Origin: Bacteroidota bacterium
GTDB lineage: Bacteria; Bacteroidota; Bacteroidia; Bacteroidales; UBA4417
Length of the DNA: 64,000 nucleotides
NCBI GenBank assembly: GCA_037142075.1
Contig: JBAXBJ010000006.1
Coordinates: 25,266-89,265 of the forward strand
Direction: 5' to 3'
The position numbers and the translations under genes are program-made. Below, piece by piece: positions 43,971 through 51,914 of this stretch (its first letter is position 1; every line of letters starts with the position of its first letter). Under the pieces are notes generated by a model, which saw only the letters and a list, made by a program, of their open reading frames with translations, searched no databases and was not told the DNA's origin.

Positions 43971-46688
43971 TTGAAGATTCCAGAAAAGATACGCAGGTAC
44001 ATTCCTTTCGACACATATGGATGGGTTGCTGCGGCATCCATTATTCTATGTGCCGTTTCGGGTGCGTTGCTTGCTGTGCCTTATGATGTTGCTTCACCAT
44101 ACCTTTCGGTTACCAAACTGGTGACTATCAATCCGGCTGCGTCCTTACTCAGGAATATACATTACTGGAGCGCACAGTTATTTCTGATACTGACACTTAT
44201 TCATATTTTCGATCATCTCTGGAAAGGCACAGAAGTCAACATTAAAAAGAAAAGTGCCTGGTTCAGGCTTACACTTTCGTTAGTTTTTACAGTTTATGTG
44301 ATGCTTTCAGGATTTATATTGAAAGCAGATGGCGACAGTTTGCAGGCGCACCGGATACTTTCGTCACTGGTAAGCAGCCTTCCATGGATTGGATCCATGT
44401 TGCAGCAAACCCTGATTGGGTCTGAAGGGAATTTCCAGGTTTTATACATTCAGCATGCAGCAACGGCAACAGTGATTCTTTTTGTGATCATAATGGAACA
44501 TGCCCGGGGTTTAAAAGTAAACATCGTAACACTCCTGGCTACGGCTGGAATAATAACACTTCTCAGTTTCCTTTTCAGGGCGCCAATCAATGGATTGAAC
44601 GATGCAGTAATGAAAGGCCCCTGGTATTTTGTCGGATTGCAGGAAACACTGCACTGGGTTTCCAATCCGCTTTTTATAACCATTGGACTGATTATTTTTC
44701 TCGTATTAATTTATCTGATCCCCTGGGTAAAGCCTGTCTATTCAAAAATCATCAAACAATTTTTTGTTGTGATGATCATTGTCTATGCCTTGCTGACATT
44801 AACCGGGTTTTTCTTCCGCGGGCCCATGTGGCAATGGCAATGGCCCTGGGATACAAATTACAAAATGCAGCCTTTGCTGAATTCTGAAAAAATCAGTTTT
44901 TCAGTTTCTGATACTGCCCAACTCGTTATAATTCAAGGGCATGCCGAAGGCTGTGTTTCCTGCCACAAAGGCATGAGTGGTTTTTCGGATGCGCACAAAC
45001 CCGAATATATAGGATGTTATTCGTGCCATGGCGGAGATCCCTTAACACTCGATAAAGCCAAAGCTCACAGCAAAATGTTTCCTGTACCAGGGAATTTAAC
45101 CAATGCCTCTGAAACATGCGGAAATGTGGGTTGCCATCCGGGAATCGTAAACCGGGTCGATGTTTCTCTTATGACATCTTTAAGTGGAATAATCAGTGTG
45201 GATAACTGGGTTTTTGGCGAAACGGATGATCTGAATCTGGCTTCACATATCAAGGATATAGGTTACACCGCTTCCGGACAGCACCTGAGAAATTTATGTG
45301 CCGGTTGTCATTTGGGAAACGAAAAAATAAAAACCGGTCCGGCTGAATGGCTCGAACGAGGCGGCGGGTGCCTGGCTTGTCATCTTACTTATGATGTGAA
45401 AGCTTTATCCACGCTGGAACAATTGAAGAGAAGGCAAAAATCGGATACAGCACTTCCTATGTTTCATCCTGCACTGGATTTGAATGTTACGAATGACAAA
45501 TGCAAGAGTTGTCACAGCCGGTCGGGGCGTATTTCGATGAATTACGAAGGCTGGCACGAAACTGAACTGAAACCGGAAACTGTTAAAGCCGGGAACAATT
45601 ACCAGGTTTTGCCCGATAAACGTGTTTTTGTAAAAATGCCTGCCGATATCCACCATGAAAATGGAATGCTCTGTGTGGATTGCCACGGATCGTATGAATT
45701 AATGGGAGATGGAAAGCATTATGCTCACAAGGAAGATGCTGTAAAAATTCAATGCAGCGATTGTCATGCAGTGAAAGCGTTTAATCAGAAGCTTCTTGCA
45801 GAAACAGATCAGGAAACTCAACTTATTTCCTGGTCGCGAAAGTTTAAAACCGAAGGCGTACGGGTAATCCTCACTCAAAAAGGTGACTTACCACTTGTTA
45901 ATACGTTAGTAGAACAAGAAGGCACACGCTTGAGCATGATAAAAAAAGCGGGCACCGGAACGATAATTATGAAACCACCAGCTAAAGCCTGTTCTGAAGG
46001 TAAAGCTCATGCGAGGTTAAGTTGTGATGCCTGCCATACAGCCTGGGCACCGCAATGTATCGGATGTCACAATAGTTACGATAAAGAAACAAAAGGCTTT
46101 GATATGCTGAAAAACACCACTATCGAGGGTACCTGGATTGAATATTCCACCGAAGGAATGGCAGAATTACCGGTTCTGGGGATAAATGCTTCAGATCAAA
46201 CAAAGAAAAACGGGCAGGTCAGTACTTTTACTCCCGGTATGATCATGACCATTGACAAAGGCTCATTCAAAAAAGAAGATAAAACAGTATTTCATCGCTT
46301 ATTTGCCCCCGCTTCGGCACATACAACAGTGCGCGTTGGAAGAAGCTGCAAATCATGCCATAACGACCCTCTTGCTTTGGGTTATGGAAGGGGAAATTTG
46401 ACATTTTCAAAAAATGGCAAATGGTCATTCGAAGCCCTTTATGAAAATAGCAAGTACGATGGTTTGCCGCAGGATGCCTGGACTGGTTTTTTAAAAGAAC
46501 GCGGGGATCAGGCTGTTACACGTAAAAATATGAGGCCTTTTAATCTGGAAGAGCAGAAAAGGATTTTACAAGCGGGTGCATGTTTAACCTGCCACGATGC
46601 AGCTTCTTCGGTTATGAAACGAGGCCTGGCAGATTTTGAAAAAGTGATTAGTGAAAGGAGCAAGCGTTGTATAATGCCTGTTTGGTGA
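43971..46688 (+). CDS. Fusion protein: cytochrome b (b6 + subunit IV-like, ~290 aa) fused to a ~12-haem cytochrome c domain
   Basis: 905 aa, TTG start 3 nt after the Rieske stop. Bis-His pairs H64-x13-H78 (RNIHYWSAQLFLILTLIH) and H162-x14-H177 (QHAATATVILFVIIMEH). GPWYF (aa 216-220) sits in the PEWY position, followed by more TM helices. 11 CxxCH motifs have their first Cys at aa 328, 349, 443, 467, 511, 568, 595, 685, 696, 793 and 871. One CxxxxCH starts at aa 383. Confidence 0.85.
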   Translation: MKIPEKIRRYIPFDTYGWVAAASIILCAVSGALLAVPYDVASPYLSVTKLVTINPAASLLRNIHYWSAQLFLILTLIHIFDHLWKGTEVNIKKKSAWFRLTLSLVFTVYVMLSGFILKADGDSLQAHRILSSLVSSLPWIGSMLQQTLIGSEGNFQVLYIQHAATATVILFVIIMEHARGLKVNIVTLLATAGIITLLSFLFRAPINGLNDAVMKGPWYFVGLQETLHWVSNPLFITIGLIIFLVLIYLIPWVKPVYSKIIKQFFVVMIIVYALLTLTGFFFRGPMWQWQWPWDTNYKMQPLLNSEKISFSVSDTAQLVIIQGHAEGCVSCHKGMSGFSDAHKPEYIGCYSCHGGDPLTLDKAKAHSKMFPVPGNLTNASETCGNVGCHPGIVNRVDVSLMTSLSGIISVDNWVFGETDDLNLASHIKDIGYTASGQHLRNLCAGCHLGNEKIKTGPAEWLERGGGCLACHLTYDVKALSTLEQLKRRQKSDTALPMFHPALDLNVTNDKCKSCHSRSGRISMNYEGWHETELKPETVKAGNNYQVLPDKRVFVKMPADIHHENGMLCVDCHGSYELMGDGKHYAHKEDAVKIQCSDCHAVKAFNQKLLAETDQETQLISWSRKFKTEGVRVILTQKGDLPLVNTLVEQEGTRLSMIKKAGTGTIIMKPPAKACSEGKAHARLSCDACHTAWAPQCIGCHNSYDKETKGFDMLKNTTIEGTWIEYSTEGMAELPVLGINASDQTKKNGQVSTFTPGMIMTIDKGSFKKEDKTVFHRLFAPASAHTTVRVGRSCKSCHNDPLALGYGRGNLTFSKNGKWSFEALYENSKYDGLPQDAWTGFLKERGDQAVTRKNMRPFNLEEQKRILQAGACLTCHDAASSVMKRGLADFEKVISERSKRCIMPVW

Positions 46689-46712
46689 GACAGGAAACAC
46701 TATATAGAACAC

Positions 46713-46743
46713 AAAAAAAGCTGCCCTTTTCGGGCAGCTTTTA
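46713..46743. terminator. Bidirectional rho-independent terminator between convergent operons
   Basis: aaaaaaagctgccc-ttttc-gggcagctttt: an 8-9 bp GC stem with an A-run upstream and a T-run downstream. Confidence 0.85.
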
Positions 46744-46767
46744 ACCAAAATAATCACCAACCCACTT

Positions 46768-47622
46768 TTATTTTTCAATTTTATTTTCAGGAAAAGAAGC
46801 CCATTCGGCATAAGCACCGGCGTAGAGTTTTACGTTCGGGAAACCGGCGATTTCTTTTAATGCGATATACATAACAGCAGCTTTTATGCCCGTTTGACAA
46901 TAAACAACAATTTCCTTTTCGGGAGTTGCGCCAAATTTAGCAGCGGTTGCTATAATTTCTTCTTTCGTTTTATAAGCCCCATTGGCTGTCAGCACTTCTT
47001 TATAATTCATTAAAACTGCTCCTGGCAGATGGCCCTGGCTCTTTTTATCCTTATCAATTCCGTTATATTCATCCGGCTCGCGAACATCAAGCAAGAGCGC
47101 ATTCGTATTAGCACCCAGGGCCTTTACAGATGCCATATCAATGTTCATTGACAGATTGACTGTTGGAGTAAATGTAGTTGCTTTCAGAGTAACGGAAGTT
47201 GCCGTCATTGGTACACGCGCGGCTTCCATTTGCCCTGCTTCTTTATGAAGCAAAGAAACATCCGTTGCTCCAAGGTATTTAAGCACCCACCAAACGCGGC
47301 TGTTGTATTTTTGCGAACCATCGTCATAAACTATGATTTTCGAAGTGTTACTCACACCTTTTTTACCGAAAATAGAAGCTAATTCGTCGGTCGATAAAAA
47401 CTGTCCTTCTACCGGACCGGTTTTATAAAGACTTTTGTGCGGGATATTAATGGCTCCCTGTATATGTTGTTTTGCATACACATCTGCAGCTTGCACATCG
47501 ATAACCACCATTGCTTTATTGGTTTTAAGCTCCGATACGAAGTCCTTTGCAGATATGGAAACCTGAGCACCAGCGCATAGGCATGTAAACAATACTACCA
47601 GGCTTAATACTATTCTTCTCAT
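46768..47622 (-). CDS. Secreted tandem-rhodanese sulfurtransferase (inactive N-domain + active C-domain)
   Basis: 284 aa. Signal peptide MRRIVLSLVVLFTCLCAGAQV. First domain has IIVYDDGS with no Cys. Second domain has the catalytic loop VVYCQTGIKA. Confidence 0.85.
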   Translation of the reverse strand: MRRIVLSLVVLFTCLCAGAQVSISAKDFVSELKTNKAMVVIDVQAADVYAKQHIQGAINIPHKSLYKTGPVEGQFLSTDELASIFGKKGVSNTSKIIVYDDGSQKYNSRVWWVLKYLGATDVSLLHKEAGQMEAARVPMTATSVTLKATTFTPTVNLSMNIDMASVKALGANTNALLLDVREPDEYNGIDKDKKSQGHLPGAVLMNYKEVLTANGAYKTKEEIIATAAKFGATPEKEIVVYCQTGIKAAVMYIALKEIAGFPNVKLYAGAYAEWASFPENKIEK

Positions 47623-47674
47623 TTTTTTTTGTTTTTGCTTTTTATTTATAAAAGTTAACCGTAATGACTCCGCC

Positions 47675-48802
47675 TTAATTCAGTTTAACCTGTATTTGCA
47701 TTAGGAACATGTCGTTAGGAACTTCGTTGTAGTTTACAATGTCAGTCGAAGAACTGCTTTCGATGTTTGACAGATAGTTTAGCTGGAAACGAACCCAGTC
47801 ATTTGGATAGTAATTTAAACCGAAAGTCAGGGTCGATTTACGGTAGGCACTATGGTCGTAATCTTCTTTATCCATATCGGGATCGTATGTTTCGTATTTT
47901 ACAAGCGGCATGAGCTTCCATTTGGTGTTGTACATAAGCTGTGCAAAGTAACCATTACTTTTAAAGTTACCTGCCACAAGTTCGGGGGTAGCACCGCATC
48001 CACCGCCAATAAGCTTAGATCCGTTATCGCCGCCATAAATATACTCGGCTTGCAGTATGAAATTATATTTCTTCAGGGTAATATCTCCGCCATACCGCAT
48101 GCGTTCGTCCATTTTTGTGATAGTCGGATCTGCATTTTTCTGTTTGCCAAATTGGTAGCTTCCACCAACGCTGATCCAGTCAAAGGGAGCTATTACCAGC
48201 CGGCCGATAAAATCTTTGGCACGATCGATATCATATACATTCTTTCCGGTTCCGTTGGTAACCGATAAGGTATAGGATAAAATATTCTCCTTTTCGAGAC
48301 CGAAAAATTTCTTTGTCCCTGTACTTCCACTCAGCATTATTCCCAGGTCCCGGTCAGGAGAAGTGAGTTCGTTCACCACTTTCGAACGGTTAATGGTGTA
48401 TAAATCCTGGCAACCTGTCGCTCCAAGCTCAAGACCGAAAGGTTTTTTAAATTGTCCCATCGAAACTTTAAACCAGGGTTTAAAACGATTGTAGGTCACA
48501 AAAGCGTCTAGCAGGTAAGGTCCGTTCTGGAATGAACTGAATTCAGCCATAACATAATACGAGAAATCGTAAGGAATGTTTCCGGTAACGCCCAAACGGG
48601 CCCTGCGGAAATAAAACCCATTTTCGTTTTTTGAGCTGCCATCAGCATTTTCCCCGTTAAAGGCGATTTTATATTCAGGCTGAATGTAACCTATTACGGA
48701 AACCCCGCCTGAAGCCGATGTAGGCTCCATACAACCTTGTGCATTTGTTCGTACAAATGAAAACAAGGTGAAAATTATAAGTATTGAAAAAGCTTTATTC
48801 AT
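47675..48802 (-). CDS. Outer-membrane anion porin, phosphate-selective porin O/P-like
   Basis: 375 aa. Signal peptide, then GYIQPEYK...FYFRRARLGVTGN. Alternating beta-strand pattern and an aromatic C-terminal region. Confidence 0.7.
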   Translation of the reverse strand: MNKAFSILIIFTLFSFVRTNAQGCMEPTSASGGVSVIGYIQPEYKIAFNGENADGSSKNENGFYFRRARLGVTGNIPYDFSYYVMAEFSSFQNGPYLLDAFVTYNRFKPWFKVSMGQFKKPFGLELGATGCQDLYTINRSKVVNELTSPDRDLGIMLSGSTGTKKFFGLEKENILSYTLSVTNGTGKNVYDIDRAKDFIGRLVIAPFDWISVGGSYQFGKQKNADPTITKMDERMRYGGDITLKKYNFILQAEYIYGGDNGSKLIGGGCGATPELVAGNFKSNGYFAQLMYNTKWKLMPLVKYETYDPDMDKEDYDHSAYRKSTLTFGLNYYPNDWVRFQLNYLSNIESSSSTDIVNYNEVPNDMFLMQIQVKLN

Positions 48803-48871
48803 CCGATAGGTTTTTATAAAGGGGAAGAATCCACAGATCCTTCCCCTCCTGGTAAGAAATAAGAGATCCGA

Positions 48872-49885
48872 TTAGTTAGGCACAACGGCCCAGTTTTTAG
48901 CTCCTGGGTAAACAGATTTTTTCGCAGCTTTCATAGCAGTGTAAACCATGTGGTTAGCTCCGAAAGAAATGCCTTTTGTGCTGTAGCCCAATACGTTAAG
49001 CCAGAATGTTGCAATACTTGAGGTTTGACCGGTATAGCAATACACAAGTTCTGTTGATGCAGGATCGAAGGCTTTAACCAGGTCGCCGGCCAGGGCAATA
49101 GTTGGAACATTAAAAGCTCCTGAATAATGTCCCAAAGCTAAATAATCAGCATTGCTCCAGTAGTTAACAATCTTATAAGTTGCAGGATTTGCCAGAACAT
49201 CGTCACCAGTAGCAGGTGTAAACCCGGCATTAAGAACTGCCTGAACACGCTCGGCAAGTATGGTGGCACCATCAGTAGAAGTGGATGTCCAGACGGGTTC
49301 GTCAAAAACACCGTTAGCCGGAGCTGCTGTTGTTACCCAATTCGGGCTGCCGACTGCTTTGTCGCCGTTGGCGGCAACTTCAACTCCGGAGTTAGATACC
49401 CAAGGTCCTTTGTATGTAGCATTCCATCCGGCCATGCCCCATTTGAGTACAACTGCTTTACTCCAGCCCAGAAGGCGTAAAGCCATTACAGCCTGCCCTG
49501 CAGTTTGACCTGTATAACAAACTACCAGAATTTTGGCATCTTTTGCTACTGCGGTTGTGGTAACTTTAGTAATAATGTCTTTCAATACGACGTTGGTTGC
49601 ATTCTTTATATGACCGGCAGCAAAATCAGATGCTGAACGAAGGTCGAAAATAGTGTAGCCCGGAACGGTTCCATTAACCGAGTCAACAATACCGCCCATA
49701 CCGGTCGATTTTGGGTCAACGATCCAGTTTGTAGCCAATGCCGGCAAATCGAGGTTATTGGTAACCATGTAGGATTTTAAAGTAACATACGCATTTACTG
49801 CGTCGGGTGCATCTTCCTTACATGAAGATAAAAACAACACGGGCACGAATGCGAGGGCGATTGCAAATCTGATCAGCTTTTTCAT
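48872..49885 (-). CDS. Lipoprotein with two active rhodanese domains
   Basis: Start trimmed to MKKLIRFAIALAFVPVLFLSSC (lipobox). Catalytic loops VVCYTGQTAG and VYCYTGQTSS. Confidence 0.8.
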   Translation of the reverse strand: MKKLIRFAIALAFVPVLFLSSCKEDAPDAVNAYVTLKSYMVTNNLDLPALATNWIVDPKSTGMGGIVDSVNGTVPGYTIFDLRSASDFAAGHIKNATNVVLKDIITKVTTTAVAKDAKILVVCYTGQTAGQAVMALRLLGWSKAVVLKWGMAGWNATYKGPWVSNSGVEVAANGDKAVGSPNWVTTAAPANGVFDEPVWTSTSTDGATILAERVQAVLNAGFTPATGDDVLANPATYKIVNYWSNADYLALGHYSGAFNVPTIALAGDLVKAFDPASTELVYCYTGQTSSIATFWLNVLGYSTKGISFGANHMVYTAMKAAKKSVYPGAKNWAVVPN

Positions 49886-50107
49886 AATTTTTTTTGATTT
49901 TTTAGTTTGTGAATTTGTTATAGGTTGATTAAGTGATTTTTGCATTGTTATTCAGTTCACAAAACTATTCCCAATCCGGTACGATAATTAAAACTTTTAT
50001 ATTGGTTTCAATGGTAAAAAAACTGAGTTTCATCAATAAAAACATGACGCAAATCATAAAAATATGAATTTAAAGTGTACTTTTATCCCGAAATAAAATC
50101 TGCTCTT

Positions 50108-50800
50108 ATGCCTTATACCGGCCTCGATACTTGTGTGTCATTTGTTTACGAACTTTCGTGCTTCGACCTGTTAACCGGAGAAGAAAGGGAGTTGGTTAAC
50201 ACCCAATCGGTGCTGGTTAATTATAAGAAAGGTGAGATGGTTTGCAAACAGGGTTCGTTTGCATCGCACATTATGTACCTCGAAAAAGGCCTGGTTAAAG
50301 TTTACCTGGAAGGTAATCCTAAAGACCTGATTCTGACTATTACCCCGCAGAGAAACCTTATGGGTCTGCAGTCGCTGTACGAAGGCAATAATACCTTTCT
50401 ATACAGCATTTCCACTTATACCGAAACTGTGGTTCGTTTAATTGATATTCAGATATTTAAGCAGCTGCTAAAGCAAAACCCCCAGTTTGCTTACAGGATA
50501 ATTAACATACTGAATGAGAGCACATCGCAGTCGTATGGTCGCTTCTTCAGCCTCACACAAAAACAATTGCATGGCCGTTTAGCCGATATTTTACTTTGTC
50601 TATCACGCAAGATTTTTAAGTCCGAAACTTTCGATTTACCCCTTACCCGCAGCGATCTGAGCGAACTAACCAGCATGTCGACAGAAAGTGTTATCCGGAT
50701 ATTGAAGGATTTTAAGGACGACGGAATTATTGATATCAGCAACAAATCCATATCACTTCTCGATTTACCAAGGCTTGATACTATAAGTAAGAAAGGTTAG
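50108..50800 (+). CDS. Crp/Fnr family transcriptional regulator (paralogue 2)
   Basis: Start set to the ATG at 50108 (MPYTGLDTCVSF...) by alignment with paralogue 1. Shared blocks are KQGSFASHIMYLEKGLVKVY, KQLHGRLADILL and STESVIRILKDFKDDGII, and both end ISKKG or ISKRG. Confidence 0.85.
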   Translation: MPYTGLDTCVSFVYELSCFDLLTGEERELVNTQSVLVNYKKGEMVCKQGSFASHIMYLEKGLVKVYLEGNPKDLILTITPQRNLMGLQSLYEGNNTFLYSISTYTETVVRLIDIQIFKQLLKQNPQFAYRIINILNESTSQSYGRFFSLTQKQLHGRLADILLCLSRKIFKSETFDLPLTRSDLSELTSMSTESVIRILKDFKDDGIIDISNKSISLLDLPRLDTISKKG

Positions 50801-50816
50801 GAGGAAGAATTGATGT

Positions 50817-50872
50817 GGAATGTGGGATGTGGAAAGTGGAATGTAGGATGTGGAATGTGTGATGTGTGATGT
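50817..50872. repeat. Eight tandem degenerate heptamers (GGAATGT/GGGATGT/GGAAAGT/GGAATGT/AGGATGT/GGAATGT/GTGATGT/GTGATGT)
   Basis: Read directly, starting 17 nt after the Crp paralogue 2 stop. Confidence 0.9.
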
Positions 50873-50921
50873 TTACTGGAATGTCGATTTAATTTAAAAA
50901 CCAGAATGAAAATCTTTTCAC

Positions 50922-50972
50922 TTGTTGCCTTTCGCCCTGTCACCCCTTCACCCCTTCACCCCTCGCCCCGTC
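50922..50972. repeat. C-rich mosaic repeat related to 23154-23208
   Basis: The element reads ttgttgcctttcgccctgtcaccccttcaccccttcacccctcgccccgtc. It has the same TTGTTGCC(C)TTTC start and CCCCTCGCCC(Y)GTC end as the 23.2-kb element. It is G-rich on the strand of the adjacent minus-strand ORF. Confidence 0.8.
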
Positions 50973-50988
50973 TTTTCTGAAAAACACC

Positions 50989-51255
50989 CTATTCTTTTAC
51001 CCCAATACTTCCGCTGATATCACTCAGTCCTATCTGGTTAGCATAAATATCGAGCACATCTGTTAATTCAAGCAGAATAACCCGTTCAATTTTATTATCG
51101 GCCTGCCTGTACCATATTTCGGCATAAAAGTCCGAAAGGGTAAAAAGGTGTATGGTATAGAAAAGGTAAATACGGCTCATCACATGATTGCCACCTGCTA
51201 AAAGCAGTTCTACCTGCCTGAAAATTGTGAGTTTTCGAAAATCGTCGCTTTTCAC
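50989..51255 (-). CDS. Hypothetical small protein
   Basis: 88-aa ORF with no recognisable motif. It does not overlap other genes. Coding status uncertain. Confidence 0.35.
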   Translation of the reverse strand: MKSDDFRKLTIFRQVELLLAGGNHVMSRIYLFYTIHLFTLSDFYAEIWYRQADNKIERVILLELTDVLDIYANQIGLSDISGSIGVKE

Positions 51256-51914
51256 CTCGTTTGATATTTGATTTCAAGCAAAAAATGGTATTGCAAACTA
51301 AAGGCTCTCGGGAAGCATTTTAAGATTCACAAGCTCCGGAACCAGAAAACACAGCAACAAGCATTCAACATATTTCCCTGAAATTGAATGCTTTCTGACA
51401 AAGTCAAAAGGCAGTATTGTTGTCATTTGGCTTTAAAAAGTGCCGGTGCTACCAGATTGTAAATATTTCACTGCTTGTAAACTAACAGATACTATTCCGA
51501 TCAAAGCCCGATTAACAAAAATATAGATTTTTTCCAAAAAAAGCAAACGTCAAAGCGAAATTCTTCTGCTTTTTTAATATAATAATGGGAGAGCCTTGAC
51601 TGGACTTAATCACCAATCGGAGTTGATAATATTCAATCTGGCGTCTTTCATCCGCCCAGAAAAAACAAATAACAACAGCTGAAAGAAAGGTCATATCGAT
51701 AGCATAACGGGTAGATTAAAAATGAAGCAAGAAAGGGAAAGAAGGTGATAAGTTACCCGGTATTTTTTTTGCCCGATACATTTGCATCTTGTACTATTGA
51801 ATAACTACTTGTCTTACAATTATTTTCAATGTTGCCAGTGTAAAACTCCAGGTTGTCGGTTCCATTCGTTTCCTGGCTTCAGCCCTGTGCCCTTTCCCAG
51901 AAAACCAATTCCTC

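Noticed and set aside
50812-50972. Short tandem repeats considered as a possible CRISPR array (also 4653-4723 and 3290-3316)
   Set aside because: Units are 7-15 nt with no unique spacers between them. There is no 28-37 nt repeat/spacer periodicity and no cas genes.
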